From: Bdellovibrionales bacterium
GTDB taxonomy: Bacteria > Bdellovibrionota > UBA1018
Direction: 5' to 3'
Assembly (NCBI GenBank): GCA_018266355.1
Contig: JAFEAP010000023.1
Location: 151,758-183,757 of the forward strand
DNA: 32,000 bases
Shown here piece by piece: positions 22,832 to 30,998 of the stretch; the stretch's first letter is position 1; every line of letters starts with the position of its first letter. Under the pieces are notes generated by a model. That model saw nothing but the letters and a program-made list of their open reading frames with translations. It did not search any database and was not told the DNA's origin. A program made the position numbers and the translations under genes.

Positions 22832-24524
22832 GGCGCTCCGTCCGTCCGAGATCGGAGAGCACCCGCTTCGCGGCGAGGACCCCCCGGTACTGGGCCTCCT
22901 CGAAAAGCGACATCCCCGAGATATCCGAATGCGCGAAATGCACGCGGCCGAACGAGCGCTCGAGGCCCGCGCGCTCGTCGCCCGAGAGGTATCCGGGCGC
23001 GGGCGAGATCATCCCGTGACCCCAAACCCGGTAATCGATTCGTGTCACGCGGCTTCGGATATCGGGATGCATCCCCTCGAGGTCGGCGAGGATCCGTTCG
23101 CGCCATTCGGCGGGCGTCGTCCGCGCGGCACGGAGGCGGGCCTCCTTCGCCGGCCGATCGGAAAGCGGCCAGTAATGAGTGAGGACGCTCCCTCGCGCGA
23201 TCGACTCGGTCTGGTGAGTCGCGACGACGTAGCCGAGCGAGTCCGAGTAATAACTCACGTTATCCCACGCGGTGAGCGGAGCGTGACCTTCCTCGGTCGT
23301 CCCTGGGAGATCCTCGACGGTCAAGTTCGCGACCAGCCAGGGGGCGTAAACGGCCGAGTCGATCGGCGCGCGGGCCGCTTCGGGCAGGATCCGATTCGCG
23401 ACGAACCGTGGAGTCGCGACGACGACGCTCTTCGCGCGGATCCGGGAGCGGGCCCCGTCGTTCGCGCGCAACGTATCGACGAGTACCGCGTCGCCCTCGA
23501 CCGAGATCCGGGTCGCGGCCTCGCCGGCGCGGATTTTTCCCGCACCGAGGGCCCGCAGTTTCCCGGCGAGGAATCCGTTCCCCTCCGGCCAGGCGAGAAT
23601 CGCCTGGGAATCGGCGTTTGCGGCGACGCCGCGCCGGGCGGCATGGTAATGGATGCCGGCCCAAGCCGACGTGCGCTCGAGCGGGCTGCCGAAATCGTCG
23701 CGACACGCGTAGTTCAAGTACCACCGCAGCGGCCGCGACCGATATCCCTCGCGGTCGAGCCATTCCGCCATCGACATCCGATCGAGCTCCGCGAGGTCCT
23801 TCGCGCGGAAACGGTCGCGCGACCCTTCCGCGATCGGGATCGCGAAGATCGGCCGTCCGTCGGAACCTTTCCGGTCGCCGAAGCGGCGCATTTCGTCGAA
23901 GAACCGCCGCATCTCAGCGCGTTCGTCGCCGGTGAGTCCCGCTTGGGGCACGATGCCTTCCTGGAATTTTCCCTCGATCCAGAGCCGTTCGACGGCGTCG
24001 TGGCAGATCATCGTCTCGTCGAACGTCGGGCGTCCCTTTCCGTCCCGACCGGTGATCGCGCCGATTTCCTCGAGGAATTCGTGGACGAAGCGCGATTCCG
24101 CGTTCGGGATCGGAAGATAGTGGGCCCCCCACGGATAGGCGGAAACGGCGTTCTCGCCCGACATCGAGTTTCCGCCGGTGCGGTCCTCGAGTTCGAGGAG
24201 GAGGTAATCGGAAAATCCGTTCCGGGAGAGCCACCACGCGGCGGAGAGCCCCGCGATTCCGCCGCCGAGGACGAGGACCGGGACGTCTTCGATCGCTCCG
24301 GCGGGTGCCTCGGCGGGAATCGTCCCGTCGCGCAGCCGGTGGCCGAGGGCCGCGTTCGGCGAGTGCTCCTCGATCGGGATGGCGGTGAAGCGGAGGTCGC
24401 GCAGCCAACGGTGCCAGGGAAACGCGGCGGCGGCGAGAAAGCCGCCGGCCGCGATCAGGAAGTGCCGACGGTCGAAGGATCCGGCGCGCCTCGCGCGGTC
24501 AGTGGAGGTACGCGTCCCACTCAT
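22818..24524 (-). CDS. Tat-exported FAD-dependent oxidoreductase, flavin amine-oxidase-like
   Basis: 568 aa. Twin-arginine leader SFDRRHFLIAAGGFLAAAAF. Dinucleotide fold VLVLGGGIAGLSAAWWL...ELEDRTGG. C-terminal amine-oxidase-like FAHSD...EEAQYRG. Confidence 0.85.
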   Translation of the reverse strand: MSGTRTSTDRARRAGSFDRRHFLIAAGGFLAAAAFPWHRWLRDLRFTAIPIEEHSPNAALGHRLRDGTIPAEAPAGAIEDVPVLVLGGGIAGLSAAWWLSRNGFSDYLLLELEDRTGGNSMSGENAVSAYPWGAHYLPIPNAESRFVHEFLEEIGAITGRDGKGRPTFDETMICHDAVERLWIEGKFQEGIVPQAGLTGDERAEMRRFFDEMRRFGDRKGSDGRPIFAIPIAEGSRDRFRAKDLAELDRMSMAEWLDREGYRSRPLRWYLNYACRDDFGSPLERTSAWAGIHYHAARRGVAANADSQAILAWPEGNGFLAGKLRALGAGKIRAGEAATRISVEGDAVLVDTLRANDGARSRIRAKSVVVATPRFVANRILPEAARAPIDSAVYAPWLVANLTVEDLPGTTEEGHAPLTAWDNVSYYSDSLGYVVATHQTESIARGSVLTHYWPLSDRPAKEARLRAARTTPAEWRERILADLEGMHPDIRSRVTRIDYRVWGHGMISPAPGYLSGDERAGLERSFGRVHFAHSDISGMSLFEEAQYRGVLAAKRVLSDLGRTERRGKV

Positions 24525-26064
24525 TTTCGAAGGTCCGGACGAGGATTTGATTGTTCAACCGATTTACCGAGTGCAGGACGGCGGGATCCGTCGCGCGCAT
24601 GTCGGCGGGAAACGCGAGGAGGAGCGGCGTGACCGCCGTCGAAAGGTACTGGAGTCCTTCCGGGTACTTCGTCGGGATTTTCCATCCGCCGAAATCGCCG
24701 AGGACGTATCCCCATTCCCCGAAGGACGGCACGTTCGTGTGGTACGGGTGCGTGCGGAACCCGGCCGAGGCGAGGGTGTTGTCGACGATTTGGAACGCGT
24801 TTTTCGCGACGTAAGGGGAGGTGCTCTGGATCACGACCGCGCCGCCGGGCGCGACGGCGCGCTTCAGCTCGCGGTAGAACGCGTCCGAATAGAGTTTTCC
24901 GATCGAGAAGTTCGAGGGGTCGGGAAAGTCGACGATCACGAAATCGAAGGTGTCCCGATTCGCACGCAACCAGACGAAAGCGTCGGCGTTCGTGATCGCG
25001 AGCTTCGGATTCCGGAGAGAGTCGCGGTTCAAACCCCGCAGGACGTCGTTGTTCGAAAAGAGCCGGGTCATCTCCGGATCGAGGTCGACGAGCCGGATCG
25101 ATTCGATCGAGGGGTAGCGGAAAACCTCGCGCGCGGCGAGCCCGTCGCCGCCGCCGAGGATGAGAACGCGTTTCGGATTTTCGATCCCGGCGAGTCCGAC
25201 GTGCACGAGCGCCTCGTGGTACCGGTACTCGTCGCGCGAGCTGAACTGGAGGTTCCCGTTCAGGAAGAGGCGGAGATCGTGCGGCGCCTGGGTCAGGACG
25301 ATCCGCTGGTAATGGGTCGCCTTCGAGTAGACGACCCGGTCCGGGAACGACGACGCGTCGGCGAGGCCCATGATCTGCTCGCCGAACGCGAAACCGACGA
25401 CGAGCGCGAGGAGAGCGAGGATTCCGCCGAACTGGAGCGCCGAGATCGAATGGAGCTGGCGGCGGAAGAGGTGAAGCGTCCAAAGCGCGACGACGACGTT
25501 CAAGATCCCGAAGAGGAACGCCGAGCGCACGAGGCCGAGGTGCGGGACGAGGACGAGGGGGAAGATGAGCGAGGCGAGCAGGGCGCCGATGTAGTCGACG
25601 GTGAAGACCTTCGAGACGAGGTCCCGGAACGCGTACTCCTTCCGGAGGATCCGCATGAGGAGGGGGATCTCGAGGCCGACGAGCGTGCCCGTGAGCATGA
25701 CGAGCGCGTAGAGGAGCACTCGGAAGGATCCGACGTGTTCGAACGCCGCGAAGAGGATCGCGGCCGAGAATCCTCCGACGAGTCCGACGAGGATCTCGAC
25801 GCGGATAAAGACCCGGGAAAGGTCCCGGGTGAAGAACTTCGAGGCGTACGAACCGATGCCCATCGAGAAGAGGTAGCACCCGATGATCGTCGAGAACTGG
25901 GTCACCGAATCTCCGAGGAGGTAACTCGCGAGCGCGCCCGCGATCAGTTCGTAGACGAGCCCGCACGTCGCGATCACGAAGACCGAGAGGAGCAGGACGA
26001 ACGCCGGCGAGAGTAACGTGCGTTCGGGGGCGTCGCCGTGAGCGGCGGCGCGCGCGTTAGCCAT
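24499..26064 (-). CDS. Spermidine-synthase-like aminopropyltransferase fused to an N-terminal ~7-TM domain
   Basis: 521 aa. Seven hydrophobic helices in the first ~210 aa. A SpeE core follows: VLILGGGDGLAAREVFRYPSIESIRLVDLDPEM, then FDFVIVDFPDPSNFSIGKLYSDAFY...GGAVVIQSTSP. Confidence 0.88.
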   Translation of the reverse strand: MANARAAAHGDAPERTLLSPAFVLLLSVFVIATCGLVYELIAGALASYLLGDSVTQFSTIIGCYLFSMGIGSYASKFFTRDLSRVFIRVEILVGLVGGFSAAILFAAFEHVGSFRVLLYALVMLTGTLVGLEIPLLMRILRKEYAFRDLVSKVFTVDYIGALLASLIFPLVLVPHLGLVRSAFLFGILNVVVALWTLHLFRRQLHSISALQFGGILALLALVVGFAFGEQIMGLADASSFPDRVVYSKATHYQRIVLTQAPHDLRLFLNGNLQFSSRDEYRYHEALVHVGLAGIENPKRVLILGGGDGLAAREVFRYPSIESIRLVDLDPEMTRLFSNNDVLRGLNRDSLRNPKLAITNADAFVWLRANRDTFDFVIVDFPDPSNFSIGKLYSDAFYRELKRAVAPGGAVVIQSTSPYVAKNAFQIVDNTLASAGFRTHPYHTNVPSFGEWGYVLGDFGGWKIPTKYPEGLQYLSTAVTPLLLAFPADMRATDPAVLHSVNRLNNQILVRTFENEWDAYLH

Positions 26065-26278
26065 GGACGGCGCTCGCGATGATCTGGGCGATGGCCATCG
26101 CCATCGATCCGACGACGATCGCGACCGCGATGTTCTTCTCCTGGCGGATCTCGTGCCAGAGGCTACCGGGGGTGATCTTGTCGAAGACGTAGAATCCGAC
26201 TCCGAGGGCGACGAGCCCGACGACGGAATAGACGAGGGCGGCGATGAGACTTTTCAATCCGAGGGCTTCCATGGGCAT
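26057..26278 (-). CDS. DUF350 (YjfL-like) small membrane protein
   Basis: 73 aa, two TM helices. Pattern VYSVVGLVALGVGFYVFDKITPGSLWHEI..KNIAVAIVVG is typical of DUF350. AGGAG lies about 5 nt upstream of the ATG. There is an 8-nt overlap with the next gene. Confidence 0.8.
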   Translation of the reverse strand: MPMEALGLKSLIAALVYSVVGLVALGVGFYVFDKITPGSLWHEIRQEKNIAVAIVVGSMAMAIAQIIASAVHG

Positions 26279-26283
26279 TTCTC

Positions 26284-26421
26284 CTATTTATGGTAGGCGC
26301 GGGGTCCCGTGGGACTGAACCGGCCGGTCGTGACCGAACTCCAAAGGCTGTAGCCGCGCGACGAGGCGACGGCGGCGAGGAAAATCAAAAGGGTTCCGAA
26401 GTAGAGGTAAAATTTTTGCAT
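26284..26421 (-). CDS. Possible 45-aa single-TM peptide
   Basis: Below the track's length cutoff. Hand translation gives MQKFYLYFGTLLIFLAAVASSRGYSLWSSVTTGRFSPTGPRAYHK. AAGGA lies upstream. It fits exactly into the gap between the two flanking operon genes. Confidence 0.35.
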   Translation of the reverse strand: MQKFYLYFGTLLIFLAAVASSRGYSLWSSVTTGRFSPTGPRAYHK

Positions 26422-26453
26422 AAAATCCTTAAAGCGCTCTTCGCGTTTTCCTT

Positions 26454-27833
26454 TCAGTCATCGCTACTCCAGTCGTCGCCGTCCCCGCTGTCGGACGGAG
26501 CGTAATCGCTGTTCGACCACCGCTCCGATTCGAAAGCGGACGAACGGAAAAAGGTGAAGAGCGGATAGACGCTCAGGATGAGCCAGGCGAGGAAGAAATT
26601 CGAACCGACCGAAACCCCGCGCACGCCTTTCAACCGGTAGCTCACCGGTGTCGGCGTGTTCGCCCCGTTCGCGGCGCTCGGCGTGATCACGAGGTGGTAG
26701 GTGCCGGGACCGATGCCGGTCTCGAGGTCGTCTCCGCTCGTCGATCCTTCCGACCAGCTCCCGTCCGAGTCGTATCCCGACCAGTACTCCGCGCCGACCT
26801 GCATGTCGTGGGCTTCGCCGGTGGAGTCGTTCACGAGGTCGACGTCGGCGTCGAAGTAGGAGTTGTTCAAGTCGGCGTGCAGGTCGAGTTCGAAGTTCCC
26901 GTTTCCGGTGATTTCATATGGTCCGAGACGGACGACCTTTTCCGCCGCCGTCGCGGTCGGTTCGTAATGGAGGGACTCCTCGAAGAGTTCCTGATGCGGG
27001 CTGCGGATCTTATGCAGGACGAAGAGGACGAGAATCGCGATCGTGAAGAGGAACCACGTGTCCCGTAGTCCCCGCCAGCGTTCGAGGTAGGGATTCGGTT
27101 GGTTCGGCGCGACGCCGATCGCGTAGGGAAGCGGGTTCGGCAGGCGGAACGCGGCTCCGACCGCTTCGGGAGTGAGGTAAGTGCATCTCGTCCAGATTCG
27201 TTCGGACTCGTTCGTCTCGCACGAGAGCAGATCCGGGGGATCGACGTAATCGGCGAGCTTCGACTTATCGCCCTTTCGCACCCGCCAGTAAAATTCGCCG
27301 ATGACGAAATCGACGATGCCGACGCTGTTTTGGAAATGGACGAAGGTGCGACCGCCGAGTTCGGCCCGCGGCTTCATGCCCGTCTTGAAGCTGATGCTGT
27401 CGTCGACTTTCGGGACGCCTTTCAGCGGGCTCACGTAGCTCCACTGACCGCCGGCCTCGGAGAGCCACCGGAAACCCTGGTAAGGATTGAAAAGGAGGTA
27501 TTCCTTCCAAGCGTATCCCGAGGCTTCGTCGTGTCGGCCCATCACGCCGAGGATTTCGAAAACGGATCCCTCGAATTGGCCGCGCGTTCCGATCGGGAGA
27601 TCGATCCGGCGTTTCAGGACTTGGCCTTTTTCGACGAGCTGCACGTCTTCGCGCGAAGTATCGAGGGTCGCGCCGCACGAGCCGCAGCCGACGGTGATCG
27701 TCTGGCCGACGGCCTTGATGTTCAGGGTCGCGCCGCAGCCTGGGCACTGGAAGACCCGGACGCTCGGCTTGCTCGCGGGGGGCGGCGCCGAGGCCGGAGG
27801 CGCGCCGCTTTCGGGAGGGAGATCACCAGCCAT
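26454..27833 (-). CDS. Zinc-ribbon + DUF4178 protein with two TM helices, an exported middle domain and an acidic C-terminal tail
   Basis: 459 aa. CPGCGATL...CGSCGATL ribbon. DUF4178-like block GTRGQFEGSVFEILGVMGR...YAWKEYLLFNPYQGFRWLSEAGGQW. TM helices WFLFTIAILVLFVLHKI and FFLAWLILSVYPLFTFF. Tail SDSGDGDDWSSDD. Confidence 0.8.
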   Translation of the reverse strand: MAGDLPPESGAPPASAPPPASKPSVRVFQCPGCGATLNIKAVGQTITVGCGSCGATLDTSREDVQLVEKGQVLKRRIDLPIGTRGQFEGSVFEILGVMGRHDEASGYAWKEYLLFNPYQGFRWLSEAGGQWSYVSPLKGVPKVDDSISFKTGMKPRAELGGRTFVHFQNSVGIVDFVIGEFYWRVRKGDKSKLADYVDPPDLLSCETNESERIWTRCTYLTPEAVGAAFRLPNPLPYAIGVAPNQPNPYLERWRGLRDTWFLFTIAILVLFVLHKIRSPHQELFEESLHYEPTATAAEKVVRLGPYEITGNGNFELDLHADLNNSYFDADVDLVNDSTGEAHDMQVGAEYWSGYDSDGSWSEGSTSGDDLETGIGPGTYHLVITPSAANGANTPTPVSYRLKGVRGVSVGSNFFLAWLILSVYPLFTFFRSSAFESERWSNSDYAPSDSGDGDDWSSDD

Positions 27834-28467
27834 CGAGCACCCTCAGACCGGCGAAATGAAATTCGGGGAAGTCGACCCATTCGCCGACGTAGACTTCCGG
27901 GCCGGTGTCCGGAAACCCGATCGACGCCGTGGCGACGCCGCCTTCGCCGGCGGGAACCGTGAGGTCGACGCTGAAATATTTCTTTCCGGGTCGCACGACC
28001 TTCGGGAGTTCGCCCTGGATGCCCGCGACCCAAGCCTCGCGCGCGTCTTCGACTTCGAACGTGTATTTACCGATCGCGATCGAAGTTCCCGGTCGCAGGG
28101 CTTTCGGATCGAGCTTCGGCGCCGAGGACGAGGGCACTTCCTTCAGCATCGCCCAGTTTCCCTGGGACTCCGCGAGCCAACCCGTTTCTCCGGAGTCGAA
28201 GGCGACGAACCACTCGTTCCACGTCCCCTCCGCCCAGTCGACGCGCGAACGGCCGACGACGGTGAATCCGGAGCCGCGATACTTTCCGACGGCGCCGATC
28301 TGCAGCGGAGTCAGGTCGTCGGCGAGCGTCGCGACCTTACCGAGCGATTCGAGGGTGAGGTCCTTGCGGATGAGCAGGTTCCCGCACGACCCGCACGTGG
28401 TCGTGACCCCGTCGGCCGTGCGAAACGGAACTTCTGCGCCGCAAGCCGGGCAGAGGAACCGCGCCAT
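27823..28467 (-). CDS. Soluble zinc-ribbon + DUF4178 protein
   Basis: 214 aa. CPACGAEV...CGSCGNLL ribbon, then IGAVGKYRGSGFTVVGRSRVDW..GTWNEWFVAFDSGETGWLAESQGNW. The start shares one nucleotide with the SPFH stop (TGATG). Confidence 0.8.
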   Translation of the reverse strand: MARFLCPACGAEVPFRTADGVTTTCGSCGNLLIRKDLTLESLGKVATLADDLTPLQIGAVGKYRGSGFTVVGRSRVDWAEGTWNEWFVAFDSGETGWLAESQGNWAMLKEVPSSSAPKLDPKALRPGTSIAIGKYTFEVEDAREAWVAGIQGELPKVVRPGKKYFSVDLTVPAGEGGVATASIGFPDTGPEVYVGEWVDFPEFHFAGLRVLDGW

Positions 28468-29465
28468 CAGGTGATCTTTTTCAGGAGTTCGGCTTTTTTA
28501 GCGTCGAACTCGGCTTGGGTCAGTACTCCGTTCTTCATCAGATCGTGGAGTTTCTGGATCGACGCCATCACGTCGTCCTTCGCTCCTCCTCCGGCGCCGG
28601 CGCCGAAGGATCCGCTCATCGCGGCCGCCATTTGGCTTCCCATCGCCATGCCGGCGCCGAGGCCCGCACCGACGCTCGCGTTCCCGTTCGGATTCGCCGC
28701 CGCCGTCGCGATCGAGTCCGCGGTTTGGAACTGGGTGTAGCGGCCGAGGTCGCCCACCATCCGCATGCTCGCGGCCTTGTCGAAGTAGGTCTGGAGTTCC
28801 TCGGGCAGCGTGATGCTCTGGACGAAGAACGTCTGGAGCGCGAGACCGTAATCCGCGAACGCCGGCGTGATCGCGCCGCGGAGGGTATCCGAAAACTTCT
28901 GCTGGTTCGCGGCCATGTCGATGAAGCCGACCTCGGCACCGCCGAAGTGCGAGGCCATCTGGGTCAGGATGATCGAGCGGAGCTGGCCCTCGAGTTCGGT
29001 CGCGGTGTAGGTCGGTCGCGTGCCGCCGACTTTTTGGTAGAACTTCTTCGGCTCGGCGATCTTGTACGAGAAGGCGCCGTTCGCGCGGACGCGGATCGGG
29101 CCCATCTCCTTGTCGCGGATCGTGATCGGATTCGTCGTGCCCCACTTCTGGTCGAGCTGTTCGCGGGTCGAGAAGAAGTAGACGTCGGATTTGAACGGGT
29201 TCGCGAACGCCTTGTCCCAATTCATCAGGTTCGTGAGGAGCGGGAGGGTGCGGGTGTTCAGCGTATGGAGGCCGGGGCCGAAGACGTCCGCGATCTTTCC
29301 TTCGTTCACGAAGAGGGCGAACTGAGTGTCGCGGACGGTGAGCTGGGCGCCCGTCTGGATCTCGCGATCCTGCATCGGATACTGGTTTACGAGCACGCCT
29401 TCGGGCGACTCGGGCCATTCGATGACGTCGATGAACTGCTTTTTCAGAAAATTGAAGATGCCCAT
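28467..29465 (-). CDS. SPFH/band-7 superfamily protein of the YdjI/COG4260 type with a Gly/Ala-rich linker and a C-terminal SHOCT-like helix
   Basis: 332 aa. N-terminus MGIFNFLKKQFIDVIEW...GAQLTVRDTQFALFVNEGKIADVFGPG is typical of COG4260 SPFH proteins. The tail IQKLHDLMKNGVLTQAEFDAKKAELLKKI has the SHOCT pattern. Confidence 0.88.
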   Translation of the reverse strand: MGIFNFLKKQFIDVIEWPESPEGVLVNQYPMQDREIQTGAQLTVRDTQFALFVNEGKIADVFGPGLHTLNTRTLPLLTNLMNWDKAFANPFKSDVYFFSTREQLDQKWGTTNPITIRDKEMGPIRVRANGAFSYKIAEPKKFYQKVGGTRPTYTATELEGQLRSIILTQMASHFGGAEVGFIDMAANQQKFSDTLRGAITPAFADYGLALQTFFVQSITLPEELQTYFDKAASMRMVGDLGRYTQFQTADSIATAAANPNGNASVGAGLGAGMAMGSQMAAAMSGSFGAGAGGGAKDDVMASIQKLHDLMKNGVLTQAEFDAKKAELLKKIT

Positions 29466-29489
29466 GACTCGGTTTTCCTCTCGGGGTGA

Positions 29490-30584
29490 ATGTTCCTAAG
29501 AATAGTGAGGGGGTTCTCGGCATTTCCAGCGAAATCGCGTTCCGGCGAACGGTTCTATGCGGCGCGGCGCGGGCCTTCTTTGTGGTACACCGGAGGCGTG
29601 GCGAAAACCCCCCGAAAGTTAGACGGTGCGAAGGGCGAGATCCCCGAACGCATCGCGCGGCTGATCTCCGACATGCGGTCGGGAAAGCGGCTCGCGCTCG
29701 CACGTCTCATCTCGAAAGTGGAGAATCGCGACGAGGACTTGCACGAAGTGATGCGCGGGATTTACGCGCTCTCGGGCAAGGCCGAAGTCTGGGGCATCAC
29801 CGGCCCGCCGGGGGCGGGTAAATCGACGATGGTCGATCGCCTCGCCGTGCATCTCCGTGAGCGCGGAAAACGCGTCGCGATCGTCGCCGTCGATCCGTCT
29901 TCGCCGTTTTCCGGCGGCGCGATCCTCGGCGACCGGATCCGGATGCAGCGGCACACGAGCGACGACGGCGTCTTCATCCGCTCGCTCGGTACGCGCGGCA
30001 AGCACGGCGGGCTTTCGCACGCGACGAAGGAAGTCGTGCTCGTCCTCGACGCCGCGGGATTCGACGTGATTCTCGTGGAAACCGCGGGCGTCGGTCAGAC
30101 CGAACTCGACGTGTTGAAGCTCGCCCAAACCGTGATCGTCACGCTCGTTCCCGAGAGCGGCGATTCCATCCAGGTGATGAAGGCCGGGCTGATGGAGATC
30201 GCCGACGTTTTCGCGGTAAACAAGGCGGATCGCCCCGAAGCGGATAAGCTCGTGAAAGAACTCGTCACGATGGTCGGCATGAACGATCACGACGAGAATT
30301 CGTGGATCATTCCCGTGCTCAAGACCGAGGCCGTGCGCGACGTCGGCGTGAAGGAACTGACCGACGCGATCGCTTCCCACCAGGCGTGGCTCACGAAGAG
30401 CGGACATCGCGAGGAAAAGGGACGTCGGTTCCTGAAGGAAGAAGTGCTCGACATCCTCGCCGAGCGACTCGAGCGCACGCTCGCCGGCGCGTTCGAGACC
30501 CGGTCGGGTCAGGAACTGCTCGAACAACTCCTTCGACGGGAGATCGATCCCTATTCCGCGGCTGACGTGATCTCCAGAGTTTGA
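29490..30584 (+). CDS. meaB: MeaB/ArgK-type G3E GTPase (methylmalonyl-CoA mutase chaperone family)
   Basis: P-loop GITGPPGAGKST. Further blocks are VAVDPSSPFSGGAILGDRIRM, ILVETAGVGQTE and NKADR. The start is uncertain. ATG 29490 lies only 24 nt from the divergent SPFH start. An in-frame GTG at 29598 (VAKTPRKLDG...) gives a more typical N-terminal length. Confidence 0.88.
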   Translation: MFLRIVRGFSAFPAKSRSGERFYAARRGPSLWYTGGVAKTPRKLDGAKGEIPERIARLISDMRSGKRLALARLISKVENRDEDLHEVMRGIYALSGKAEVWGITGPPGAGKSTMVDRLAVHLRERGKRVAIVAVDPSSPFSGGAILGDRIRMQRHTSDDGVFIRSLGTRGKHGGLSHATKEVVLVLDAAGFDVILVETAGVGQTELDVLKLAQTVIVTLVPESGDSIQVMKAGLMEIADVFAVNKADRPEADKLVKELVTMVGMNDHDENSWIIPVLKTEAVRDVGVKELTDAIASHQAWLTKSGHREEKGRRFLKEEVLDILAERLERTLAGAFETRSGQELLEQLLRREIDPYSAADVISRV

Positions 30585-30761
30585 CTCGGAGCGCATTAGT
30601 CCGAGCTATGCAGTTGCGTTATCGAAATTATTAAGGCGTGTTTCGGCTTGAATTCGTCTCTTTTCTCAGTGGGTCTGGTGTATAAAAATAAGTCAATTCA
30701 AGTAACTAATGCATCGCGTCATAAACGCATGAATACCTGACTGTTTTGCATTAAAAACGTC

Positions 30762-30788
30762 TAAAGTCCCGACAGTACCTGACCGAAA
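30762..30788 (+). promoter_or_regulatory. Possible sigma-28 (FliA)-type promoter for fliC
   Basis: TAAAGT at 30762-30767 and ACCGAAAT at 30782-30789, compared with the consensus TAAAGTTT-N11-GCCGATAA. The CCGA core is conserved at about the right spacing. It sits about 210 nt upstream of the fliC ATG. Confidence 0.3.
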
Positions 30789-30807
30789 TGCTCTTTGATC
30801 GAATGGA

Positions 30808-30830
30808 CTCTGTGAAATGGTTTCACGGAG
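30808..30830 (+). promoter_or_regulatory. 10-bp stem / 3-nt loop hairpin in the putative fliC 5' leader
   Basis: CTCTGTGAAA-TGG-TTTCACGGAG (nine Watson-Crick pairs plus one G-U). It begins about 20 nt downstream of the putative -10 element. Confidence 0.3.
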
Positions 30831-30998
30831 GCCCATCTCGGTTTCGCAGGGGTACAGCAAATTCCTGCAAAAACAGCAATGGCCGTACGCCGTCCGAGAG
30901 GTGTCTCCCGGGGGGGATGGAGAAGTCCGTCCGCTTCCCGAGAAAAGACTCCGGTGGGCGCACGTCCTCGTCAGTGGTCCGTATGGAGGTAGGTAGGT

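Noticed and set aside
20388-26016. Set of long alternative-frame and antisense ORFs (20388..21554 -, 21666..22685 -, 21749..23182 +, 22761..24632 +, 24379..26016 +, 24521..25966 -)
   Set aside because: All are extremely Arg/Pro- or Asp/Glu-rich and overlap ORFs with recognisable enzyme or membrane signatures (M48, Tat-FAD oxidase, SpeE-like). I judged them non-coding.
28498-29703. 401-aa minus-strand ORF and 324-aa plus-strand ORF overlapping the SPFH gene
   Set aside because: Arg-rich nonsense composition. The SPFH frame carries the conserved COG4260 N-terminus and the SHOCT tail.
30585-30605. Hairpin CTCGGA-N9-TCCGAG right after the meaB stop as an intrinsic terminator; similar weak hairpins occur at 11360-11385
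   Set aside because: The stems are short (5-6 bp) and lack a following T-run. They are too weak to annotate.
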